Below, piece after piece: positions 51,673 to 62,388 of a stretch of 64,000 nucleotides of DNA. Where the stretch lies: NCBI RefSeq assembly GCF_001194135.2, contig NC_068982.1, positions 6,307,114 through 6,371,113 of the forward strand, read 5' to 3'. The translations under genes and the position numbers were made by a program. The notes below the pieces were generated by a model. It worked only from the letters and a program-made list of their open reading frames with translations, was not told the origin of the DNA and ran no database searches. Position 1 is the stretch's first letter; each line of letters starts with the position of its first letter. This DNA comes from Octopus bimaculoides. Lineage: Eukaryota.

Positions 51673-52174
51673 TTCGGTTGGCGTTCTCTATTTCAACGAA
51701 AAGAACTAAAAAAAAAGTCCCGATTCTCTTATATTATGTCTATTATAAGTTTGGAAATCAAGATTTTTCACAAACTCTATAACAAGCCATATTTTCAACT
51801 GTGTCAAAACACACAGAAAAGACTAGGTTTCTACTTCTTGTTTTACCCTGGGTCATCCCTGACTGGCCAATCTTTCGAAAAGTAAAGCTCAAGTTATTTA
51901 CATCTCCTTTTTACAATTAATTTTAATTTCCAGGTCATGTTTTGATAATTTCTTGGGAAGAACAACCCTCAAGATGAACTACGAACGGGACACCACAAAT
52001 ATTTTGATTACAGCCTTTCGAATTTTATACAGTCCTGTAATTTCTTGTTAAGTCCTTGTAGCAAACGTTATGTACTGACACCAAGAATTGCTCTTCAGTC
52101 CGCTCAAGTTTCAAACTGTGCAACAGCTGATATTAATCTGTAAAATCTCAATCATTGTACTACTATGCCTTTGA

Positions 52175-52198
52175 ATCTATCTATCTATCTGTCTATCG

Positions 52199-52250
<52 letters not shown>

Positions 52251-52498
52251 GTCTATCTATCGATTGATCTAATCTATCTATCAATCCATCTAATCTATCT
52301 GTCTATCGATCCGTCTCTCGATCTATCTAATCTATTCTATTCTATCTAATCTAATCTAACTAGCTAATCTAATCTATCTAATCTAATCTATCAACCTAAT
52401 CTAACTAATCTAATCAATCTATCTAATCTATCTATCTAGCTAATCTATCTATCTAATCTAATCTAATCTAACTATCTATCTATTGATCTATCTATCTG
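52175..52498. repeat. Degenerating (ATCT)n / (ATCTA)n simple repeat
   Basis: Directly visible. Confidence 0.93.
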
Positions 52499-53467
52499 TC
52501 CGTCTGTTTGCCAGTCTTTTTATCTCTCAATAAGTATCAATGATTTCTATTGAGTCATACTTCCCAAGCAGCTCAATCAGTCCAGTGTTTTCATACACAA
52601 TAGCTTAAATGATAAAAGTAGGGCAAAGTAAGAAATCCTTAGACCGTCAAAACCACAGTTGTAAGATCTAATAAGCGCCACTTAACAAATGGAAATACAG
52701 GTCGCCCTTCCAACGACACCATACTTGATTATGACACAGCCCTGCAAACAATAGAACTCTTGTTTAGAAGTGCTCAAAACCAACTAACCATTCGCATGCA
52801 ATAAACAATGTTGAAGCAAAGAAATGAATCTAACTTATGCTAAGCATGCTTTAGTCGAATGAAAATGAATTCGATTAGAAGTACTCTTAGACGATATATT
52901 TCCATGAGAAATTATGTAGAATATCAATGAAAAGTTAAATTATTGTCATTATTTTCACATCTTGCGTAACTTCGTATAAAACTAACGAGGGTTGAAATAG
53001 AATATTTTAACGTAGCGGATCAAAAAGATTATTTCTGTCGATGAAGAATCATTCAATTCAATGTTACATGATTAGAACGATATCAAATGTCATGATCACT
53101 TGCGTAAAGGTTTTCCTATTTTCTTTAGCACCATTAATGGGGAAGACTTCAATATGTATCACTAAAAGAGAATTATTTTATATAAGTATGCAGCAAAATG
53201 CTCACATTATAAAAATAATTTTCTGACAATATTTTCATTTGATGTATGCGTCAATAAATGTATAACCATTAATACATATTCATCATTGTTGTTATTGTCG
53301 TCGTAGTCATCTTCATCGTCACCACCGTTGTTGATATTCTCATGATCACCCTCCAACTTCCCCACCAGCACCATAATATGCGCCATAGAAATAACGCTCC
53401 CAGCGCATCAATGATTTGTTGTGTGACATAAAAACAGAAAGGCTATTAGATACTTCACACATACAAC

Positions 53468-53507
<40 letters not shown>

Positions 53508-53597
53508 NNNNNNNNNNNNNNNNNNNNNNNNNNNNNNNNNNNNNNNNNNNNNNNNNNNNNNNNNNNNNNNNNNNNNNNNNNNNNNNNNTATATATCA

Positions 53598-53735
53598 CTG
53601 GTTGTGTAGTAAGAAGTTTGCTTCTCAACAACATGGCTTCGGGTTCAGTCCCATTGTGTGGCATCTAGAGCAAGTATCTTCTATAGCTTCGGTCCCGCCA
53701 TAGCCTTGTGTGTGGATCTGGTAGACAGAAGCAAA
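53598..53735 (+). mobile_element. SINE family B 5' part, diverged
   Basis: ggttgtgtagtaagaagtttgc...gggttcagtccc...gtggatctggtagacagaa. Confidence 0.8.
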
Positions 53736-53740
53736 AAGCA

Positions 53741-54045
53741 TGTCCACGGTGTGGTGGAAACCATAGCCACTCATAATAAAAAGGAGCACTGGTGGAATGT
53801 CTCAATGAAAGCCTCAATAGAATGTAAACACAATAGACATGATATAATGATTTGGGATAGAGAAGAGAAACTGTATAGTTGTGGCTGAACTAGCGAGAAA
53901 TTTGCAATTACTCTTTCCATATTACAAGTTCAGGTTTATACCTGTAATTATTGGGGCCCTGGGATTTGCAACACACGGCCTAAACAGTAATCTTGAGCAA
54001 TTAGGCTTTTCAAAACCAGAAGGGCAAAAGCTAATTCGAAGACTA
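53741..54045 (+). mobile_element. RLE-type non-LTR retrotransposon C-terminal fragment
   Basis: THNKKEHWWNVSMKASIECKHNRHDIMIWDREEK, then after a deletion ELARNLQLLFPYYKFRFIPVIIGALGFATHGLNSNLEQLGFSKPEGQKLIRRLQI; the IPVIIGALG...IRRLQ segment is typical of RLE domains. Confidence 0.85.
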
Positions 54046-56559
54046 CAGATTTGAATATATTGTGTCTTAAAAATTTCTAATACCAATGAATACGATTTTG
54101 AAATGCATAAACAGAAGCTTGATATTTAGAGTTCGAATATTGCTCTTCCTCCAAAGAAGTTCAGTATTAAAAATATCCAAAACTAACAGTTACATCACAA
54201 ATTAGGATGACAAATTCACTGTTTTGCGGAAGAATATATGAACATGATAAATAACCTTAAATTTGTTTTTGAAACAAACAGGTGATCACCGATCAATACT
54301 CTTATACAAAAGTTTGAGTATAAAATGTTCGCATTCGAAACAACTATCGATTTTAGAAAACAATCTCTATCTGTCAAAACTGAATAGAAAATATAACGTA
54401 AATACGTAACTTGCGAAACATATACGTGTATTGTAACAGAGATAAAATACATATCAAATAGATATAACGTAAGTCCATTCATTTCATTATGAATTCGATT
54501 AGCAGAGTAAAAACAAAGCTGCTGCAGCATTTTAAGATCACTAGCCGTGGCCAGAATATATTCATAACCAGAGTTTAATCATCGCATATTAGAAAAATAG
54601 TTCACATTAATCCTCTCAACTATATAAAAAAAAACATATTTTAATTTCAAAATTACGTGTTTATATATATATATATNNNNNNNNNNTATATTAATTTATA
54701 AATCCTGCGAAATTAAACATAAGTAAAATCAACAAGAATCCTCTGCTGCCTAAGATTAAGAAAGTTTTCCATGCGAAACAAATTCATATTTTCATTAATT
54801 ATTGATTCCAATCATTTCTGAAACCCTGAAGTTTTATGATTTGTTATTAAGGTTTACAACGAATAAATCATTAAAACCTTTATTTATGCATGCTCTAATT
54901 TAAACTGGTTCTCTTTCTAAAATCGAACCATACAGTCGACAAGCCATTTGGGAAGGTGTCTTTCTAGTGTCTGAAGGAAAATCGTGCGATTTCAAAGGTT
55001 GATAGTGACGTAGGGTAACAGACATATACTTTATGTTATACTGAAGTAAAGTATTGTTTTATGAATTGATCCTATTATTAAGAACATAATTTGTATATGT
55101 GTGTGTGTATGTGCTCGCGCACGTGTATACGTATATATGTGTGTTTGTGTATGTATGTATATATATATTTATTTGTACATATATATATAAATATTTATTT
55201 GTACATATATATACATATATACATAAACACACATATAGGTGTAATAAGATACTAACGATTTGTTTTCCTTTGCTCTGACTGATATTATCATAATGAACGG
55301 TTTTTAAACTTATAATAATGGTAAATTTGCTTCCTATTCCAAACACACAACTTCAATTTATTATTGATCTTATGCTACAACAAAGCAAATACATTTAAAC
55401 ATTTGGTAAAGGCTGATTGGGAGGTTGGGCCATTTCGTGATTCTTTAGAAAAAAAAAAGAAACAAAATAAAACAATAAAAAATATAACACTCAAAGTAGT
55501 TAGGAATGAATAGATCAATGCAAATGATACAAAATCACGAAACTTAGAAATTAAGAACCTTTGGAAATATATATCATACAAAACTATCTCTCTACAGACA
55601 ATATACTGAATGCAACACACAAATTAAGTTGCAAATAGAGTGTTTGAGCGACGAAATTACAATGAACACAAACAATAAACAAACAAAAAATGAATGAAAA
55701 AACATCGGCACTAATATTGATTTTTCATTTAATTCATTGAAAGGGAAAACATTTTTCTCTGTTCATTGTTCTTTCTATCATGTTTTTTTTTCCCGATAGT
55801 TTATGAAGAAGATGAAGATTTTTCTTTTTTTTTTTCAAGAAAGAAAAACGTCATAAATGTGTCAATATGTTAAGATAATTTCAGTATCATTCTCGAGTCG
55901 TACTAGCAGAGAGATACATAAAGTTATTTCCAGAAGGAAACCCAGGAAGCAACTACGGCTATGTTTGTCTCAATAAGATGGTTTGTTTTCTATATGGTTG
56001 TAGAAGTGATTTTTATTTGAGTGTCCCCTTCTACCTGAGAAATTTGACCATGCTTGAGATGCAATGAAAGGGATTGAAGCATAAAATTGGATGGCTTATT
56101 TTCCCAATACTGTTAAAAGAGTCACTTTTATGATCCAAAAATTGAAGTACTTAAGGGATGACTTGACTTGTTGAGAAATATTACCAGTTAAATCTACTTC
56201 AATTCTCAAGCTGTTGGCCGTAAACGAAACAGAGGACATTTTGGATAATACAGCTCTATATTTAATATTCCCCAATAAAAATGGAACAGTCAGAGCTGGA
56301 ATCGATTTCATTATAGGTCCGCTTGATCTATGAAGTCCCGGGGTGGTTCAGGGAAAAGCATATGTGTGTATGTATGCATATATACATATATACACATACA
56401 TATATACATACATTCTTATATAAATAGACAGATAGATACATACTTACATATGTACATACAAATTTAGATACGCACACACACACATCCGGTTTTAACTATA
56501 GGACTTGAAGTATATAAAGATATAGATATAATTATAATGGTAAACGTAGGTGAAGTTTG

Positions 56560-56925
56560 TAATCTCACTACTCATAAGCTGTCTTTCAAAACAATTATCA
56601 TTGATCATGTTCAAACAGTTCAGAGACATCATTTCAAGTGTGTTCCTATTCAAAAATATTTTTGTGAGTCAATCATTGATCGATTCCTTGTTATCTGCCA
56701 ACCTCTCAGAGGTCTCACCGTTGTTTTTCTTATAAACACTTTCAATGCATATCGTACAAATCCACTTCCCAGAAAGTTCATAGTATCCCTTCTTAATTAA
56801 TACTTCAGTCTTTGCTATGCTGATATCCAGGCCCCAGAATCCTAAATCATACTTTTATGCTTTGAATTTTTTCTAGAACCATTCAAGAAACTTTGTTCTT
56901 TGAACCACGTCGTTAATATATGCAA
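56560..56925 (-). mobile_element. Ancient non-LTR RT remnant (YxDD through thumb region)
   Basis: One minus frame with in-frame stops: AYINDVV...WGLDISIAKTEVL...LTKIFLNRN. Spacing from YxxD to KTxV (~36 aa) matches YADD...GLxINxxKTKVM of RTE-like RTs. Confidence 0.5.
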
Positions 56926-57189
56926 CATTTCAAAGACATTACGTCTTCAAAACTTATTTAACAGCCTTGGGAATTACAATCGATAGAAGGATATCCTAGA
57001 CGAAAATTCTTTAAGATCAAAACACTAAATTTGCCTTACTGCCACATGCTTAACCATTCTAATACCATTCAAACTTATGCTTTCTATAGTTTCGAGGAAT
57101 CATGCACTTACGTCGAATTCTTTTTTAGCATCAACCAGACAACTCAACGAGAAGCATGTTAGGTTTATTTCCTTTTTTCATATTTACGA

Positions 57190-57228
<39 letters not shown>

Positions 57229-57242
57229 TATGTATATATATA

Positions 57243-57280
<38 letters not shown>

Positions 57281-57867
57281 ATATGTGTGGTGTGTGCATG
57301 TATGTGAGGGTAAGAAAAAGAAAATATCTTGAAAATGCACTTGGTGTTTTATATTTGTTTAACCAGTTTCACAATTTAATGATGTTTTTTAATGGTAGTT
57401 TGAGACAGAAAGATCTTTCGGGTGTTTTAATAATGCAAAAAATACAATTATCAAAACCACCATCCACAAACGGACAGATTGGTGCCATAAACCTAAGAAG
57501 ACAAACATATCTTTTAATCCAGAATGAAGAATCGGCTCAAACATTTGGAATTTCATAACTTAAAACAAACAAGAATGCTACTTGAAAGATTATACCCAAC
57601 AAAGTTGATTGAGAGCGAAACAGAATTTGCCAAAAGATATAAAAATTTCAATTTACAAAGGAGAAAAAAAAAAACCTGAAATATACTAAATGCACCAATA
57701 TATATCGCAACACACAACACAAGAAACACAGAAACATATTTCGTTTTTGGATTTGGTTTGCAAGATTCTTTATGTGAGTTCGTGTGTTGAAGCATATTCT
57801 GTTGTGTCTGGGGAGAGTTATTGTCTTTTGGTGTCTTATAATTTAACACTCACCGGTAAAATTTCCA

Positions 57868-58051
57868 CTTATTTCTTTTTTATTTTTCTAAAATTTTCGT
57901 TGCATCTTGCAACCTTTTCAGTAGTTTTGACTCTGTCCGTTTGTCACTCTGTGGGATCTTGCACAGAGTGAGTAACAGACAGTCAAAACTATTGAAAAGG
58001 TTGCAAGACGCAACGAAAAGTTTAGAAAAAAACAACCGAAACTGAAATAAG
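57868..58051. repeat. Near-perfect foldback palindrome (core arms 57883-57953 and 57962-58030)
   Basis: Arms differ at about 6 substitutions and one 2-nt indel; 8-nt loop ggatcttg. Confidence 0.93.
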
Positions 58052-58156
58052 AACAATAATAAATCTGCAGCGAAGAGCAAATATACAGTGCGTGTGTTTA
58101 TTTGGCAAAAAAAATGACCGTTCCGAAATATAACAATTATAATAATCAATATTATT

Positions 58157-58372
58157 AAAGCGGCGAAGTGGCAGGATAGTTAGCACGCCAGGTGAAATGC
58201 TTAACGGTATTTCGCCCGTCGCTACGTTCTGAGTTCAAATTCCACAGCCTGTGACTTCACCTTTTATCTTTTCAGGGCCGATAAATTAAGTGTTAGTTGA
58301 TCACTAGAGTCGATGTAATCGACTCATCCTCTCCCAAGAAATTTCAGGCCTTGTGCCTATAGTAGAAACTAT
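58157..58372 (+). mobile_element. SINE family A
   Basis: aaagcggcgaagtggcagg...ggccttgtgcctatagtagaaa. Confidence 0.9.
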
Positions 58373-58393
58373 TATTATTATATGTGATATTTG

Positions 58394-58778
58394 TGGAGGC
58401 GCAATGGTCCAGAGGTTAGGGCAGCGGACTCGCCGCTGTAGGATCGCGCTTTCGATTCCCAGACCGGGCGTCCTGAGGGTTTATAGAACGAAAATACCTA
58501 AAGCTCCATGACGTTCCAGCAGGGGGCGGTGGCGGACCCTGCTGTACTCTTTCACCACAACGTTCTCTCACTCTTTCTTCCTGTTTCTGTTGTGCCTGTA
58601 TTTTAAAGGGGCCAGCCTTGTCAAACTATGTGCCACGCTGAATCTCTCCACTGAGAACTACGTTAAGGATACACGCGTCTGTGGAGTGCTCAGCCACTTG
58701 CACGTTAATTTCACGAGCAAGCTGTTCCGTTGATCGGATCAACTGGAACCCTCATCGTCTTAACCGACGGAGTGCCAC
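58394..58778 (+). mobile_element. SINE family C, full length
   Basis: ggaggcgcaatggtccagaggttagggcagcggactcg...ttcgattcccagaccggg...accgacggagtgcca. Confidence 0.92.
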
Positions 58779-59242
58779 GACGATATGTGGTACTTATTGA
58801 TTCACTGATTGCTTCCTTAAATCAAGATACGATAATAACTCAGAGTAAATGTTTATCAAGTGATATTTCTTTCTTCCACCATGATATGACCTTTATCATG
58901 AACTGAAATATTTCTCCGTTTTCTGTAAATTGTGAACACATCACCTGATGACTGGATGCTCAGCTAATTGTTAAGCATTTAATGGTAATTTCATATTAAT
59001 TACGTCGCACATCACATCATTCTGAATCAGCTGTTTTCCAATTACATTAACAGCCAAATAATATACTCGTTCATTCAATAGTCAACTTGCCTTAGGTATT
59101 TGCCTTTTTGTTTATCAGTTGCAATCAATCTCTTTACATACGTCATTACTTGTAGTTCCGTTGTTCAAGTGGCAGATTTCAAGAACTTGTTTTCAAATTT
59201 ACTTTTCATTAGATTCCAGACCATTTCAGATATAAAGAACCT

Positions 59243-59387
59243 TATTTACATTATTAACGTTTGATGGATATTTGTCCTCATCTTGTTTGTTGTTAACACA
59301 ACGTTTCGGCTGATATACCCTCCAGCCTTCATCAGGCGTCTTGGAGAAATTTCTAACCTGGGTTCTCATTCCTAAGGTATTTTTTGA

Positions 59388-59421
<34 letters not shown>

Positions 59422-59500
59422 TTATGTTTGACTTTTGTTTTGCATTTGTACAAGTTGGATCCAAGTCTCACCCAGAGACCTCAAGAGACAACAAGTTAGA
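59243..59500 (-). mobile_element. SINE-like family D (extra-module subtype), head hidden in gap
   Basis: Tail, AAT tract and the same ~70 bp module as at 44473; runs into the N gap. Confidence 0.9.
59295..59340 (-). ncRNA. Putative minimal type I hammerhead ribozyme with intact catalytic core
   Basis: Minus strand: GACGC-CUGAUGA-A-GGCUG-gaggguauau-CAGCC-GAA-ACGU-U|GUGUU. Stem I 5 bp (2 G-U), stem II 5 bp, palindromic ACGU stem III, GUU cleavage triplet. Activity untested. Confidence 0.75.
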
Positions 59501-60241
59501 NNNNNNNNNNNNNNNNNNNNNNNNNNNNNNNNNNNNNNNNNNNNNNNNNNNNNNNNNNNNNNNNNNNNNNNNNNNNNNNNNNNNNNNNNNNNNNNNNNNN
59601 NNNNNNNNNNNNNNNNNNNNNNNNNNNNNNNNNNNNNNNNNNNNNNNNNNNNNNNNNNNNNNNNNNNNNNNNNNNNNNNNNNNNNNNNNNNNNNNNNNNN
59701 NNNNNNNNNNNNNNNNNNNNNNNNNNNNNNNNNNNNNNNNNNNNNNNNNNNNNNNNNNNNNNNNNNNNNNNNNNNNNNNNNNNNNNNNNNNNNNNNNNNN
59801 NNNNNNNNNNNNNNNNNNNNNNNNNNNNNNNNNNNNNNNNNNNNNNNNNNNNNNNNNNNNNNNNNNNNNNNNNNNNNNNNNNNNNNNNNNNNNNNNNNNN
59901 NNNNNNNNNNNNNNNNNNNNNNNNNNNNNNNNNNNNNNNNNNNNNNNNNNNNNNNNNNNNNNNNNNNNNNNNNNNNNNNNNNNNNNNNNNNNNNNNNNNN
60001 NNNNNNNNNNNNNNNNNNNNNNNNNNNNNNNNNNNNNNNNNNNNNNNNNNNNNNNNNNNNNNNNNNNNNNNNNNNNNNNNNNNNNNNNNNNNNNNNNNNN
60101 NNNNNNNNNNNNNNNNNNNNNNNNNNNNNNNNNNNNNNNNNNNNNNNNNNNNNNNNNNNNNNNNNNNNNNNNNNNNNNNNNNNNNNNNNNNNNNNNNNNN
60201 NNNNNNNNNNNNNNNNNNNNNNNNNNNNNNNNNNNNNNNNN

Positions 60242-60318
60242 ATATCAGCCGAAACGTTATGTTAACAACAAACAAGATGAGGACAAATATCCGTCAATTG
60301 TAAATAATGTAAATAATA
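60242..60318 (+). mobile_element. Family D tail end, inverted relative to 59243-59500
   Basis: atatcagccgaaacgttatgttaacaacaaacaagatgaggacaaatatccgtc immediately after the gap. Confidence 0.88.
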
Positions 60319-60364
60319 TGATAATTCCAAATGTCTTAAAATTAAAACTGTATTATATAAAGAA

Positions 60365-60539
60365 CCGAAATTTTGGGAGAGGGTGCCAGTCGATTAGAGC
60401 GACCCCAGGACGCTAGTGGTACTTAATTTATCGACTCTGAAAGGATGAAAGGCAAAGTCGACCTCGGCGGAATTTGAACTCAGAACGTAAACACAGACGA
60501 AATACCGCTAAGCATTTTGCCCGGCGTGCTAACGTTTCT
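60365..60539 (-). mobile_element. SINE family A lacking its 5' ~20 bp
   Basis: Reverse-complement copy cut at gctaacgtttct by the next element. Confidence 0.88.
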
Positions 60540-60750
60540 TATTTCCTTATTGCCCACAAGGGGCTAAACATAGACGGAACAAACAAGGACAGACAAAGGG
60601 ATTAAGTCGATTACATCGACCCCAGTGCGTAACTGATACTTAATTTATCGACCTTGAAAGGATTAAAGGCAAAGTCGACCTTGAACTCAAACGAATTACC
60701 GCTAAGCATTTCGCCCGGCGTGCTAACGTTTCTGCCAGCGCGCCGCCCTT
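60540..60750 (-). mobile_element. Family A head/body with a different tail and internal deletions
   Basis: Tail reverse complement ccctttgtctgtccttgtttgttccgtctatgtttagccccttgtgggcaataaggaaataag. Confidence 0.85.
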
Positions 60751-60961
60751 AATGTAGTAATAGCAAAACCATATTGGATAGTAAAATATCAAGTGGAATA
60801 CAAAAAGTGAAATGAGAAAGGTGAAATCACAAAAGAAAGAAATTACTCAAGTGTTTGATGTCAACACGGAAATGAACATATGACATTTCTTTCATAATTT
60901 CATTCGATTTTATTTTATTTATTACATATACTACTAACTATAGCAATAGACAATACTAGAT

Positions 60962-61350
60962 GTGCCAGGCTCTTCAATAGCACCATACCACCCGCGCTCT
61001 TATACCAGAGTGAGACGTCGACTACTACAAAAAAGGAGAACGTCAATTAGCTACGAGGAAAAGGGCCGTAGAAAGATCCAGGCTAGGAATATCATTCTGA
61101 GAGCATATTCGAGACAAGATAATAGTGAACGATGTGATCACAAAATACGGAAAGCAGAAGTTCCACTGAATCGGACATGTCACAAGGTTCACAGTTGCTG
61201 TGTGATATCCGAAAGATTGGAAAAGCCACTTGAAAGGCTTCTACGACAATGGGAAGTTGGTTTAGTTAAGCAATTTGTGTCAAGATGGAAAAAAAACGGC
61301 ACAATCAAGACAGAATTGGAAGCGTATTGTAAACAGTGAAGTACAACAGC
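60962..61350 (+). mobile_element. RTE-clade LINE 3' fragment (pseudogene)
   Basis: LFNSTIPPALLYQSETSTTTKKE / RQLATRKRAVERSRLGISF*EHIRDKII...KFH*IGHVTR...YPKDWK...AQSRQNWKR matches RTE C-termini (LLYGSETW..QRAMERxMLGISLR..WAGHV). Confidence 0.88.
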
Positions 61351-62168
61351 TCCTGATGATCTATCAGTATAATACTGTGATTACTTATAGTTAACAATTT
61401 ATTTACTTCACTCGCTATAATGTTATCAACAAGAACAAATTTTCATATCAAACTCATACAAAATGCAAAGAGTAAGCTGTGGTTAATGTAATACAACCCC
61501 TATGAATTTTGAGAAAAAGCTGACCTCCTCATCTTGTTAATGAAATTTGATTTATGATTATTTCTTAACAGGTGAGTAAAATGGTGGTGGGGCGCTATGT
61601 AAATGCCCAGCGTATACCCATCACTCAATTCAGATGGCTTTTTAATATTTTGTACTTAACGTGTGGTGAAATGTAGATGTCTCTTTCTATCTTAGTGTAT
61701 TCACATAAACACACACAGACACACATTTGTATGTGTGCGTAGGTAGAAAAATATCATGTAAATAAAACAAGGAAGATTATGCGGCAAGAAGATGAGAAAA
61801 TAAAGCTTGAAATCAGAGAAGTAAAACACTGGCTTCAAACAGTGTAGAAATATGAAAAGAAACAACAGAAATAAAGACTGTGTACAATGAAAATACGCTG
61901 ATGAAAGAAACAGAAGAGAATCTCTCAAAAAGAAAAGTTATAACAGAAGAAAAAGAATCGATACCAATTTTACTCCTTTTTACAAATGTATTTCTGTTTA
62001 ATTCTGATATTGTATTTAAATCATTTGAAATCATAGTTAAGAAATATGTATAACAGGTACGTTATGAAAGTTTGTTGCTACTGTGTTTGTAGTCTTGTAC
62101 TTAGAGAAATAAGAACCTTACTTAAAACATAACGAAATCGTAATGTAAATTTAATTTCATGGTGCATC

Positions 62169-62388
62169 AAGATGGTGAACTGACTGAATCGTTAGCACTT
62201 TGGACAAAATGCCGAGCGACATTTCGTCCGTTTTTTATGTTCTGAGTTCAAATACCGCCTGGATCAACTTTGCCTTTCATCCTTTCGGAGTCGATAAAAT
62301 AAGTACCAGTTGGACACTGGGATCGATACAATCGACTTATTCCCTCCTCACGAACATTCTGGCCTTGTGCCAAAATTTGAAACCAATA
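62169..62388 (+). mobile_element. SINE family A, old tail variant
   Basis: aagatggtgaactgactgaatcgttagcac...ctggccttgtgccaaaatttgaaaccaat. Confidence 0.88.

Noticed and set aside
56537-56800. IDRFLVICQPLR, resembling a GPCR DRY motif
   Set aside because: No hydrophobic TM3 before it; the opposite strand is better explained as a LINE RT remnant.
58940-59060. Cluster of TAAT/ATTA homeodomain-like sites
   Set aside because: Expected by chance at this AT content; no conservation data.
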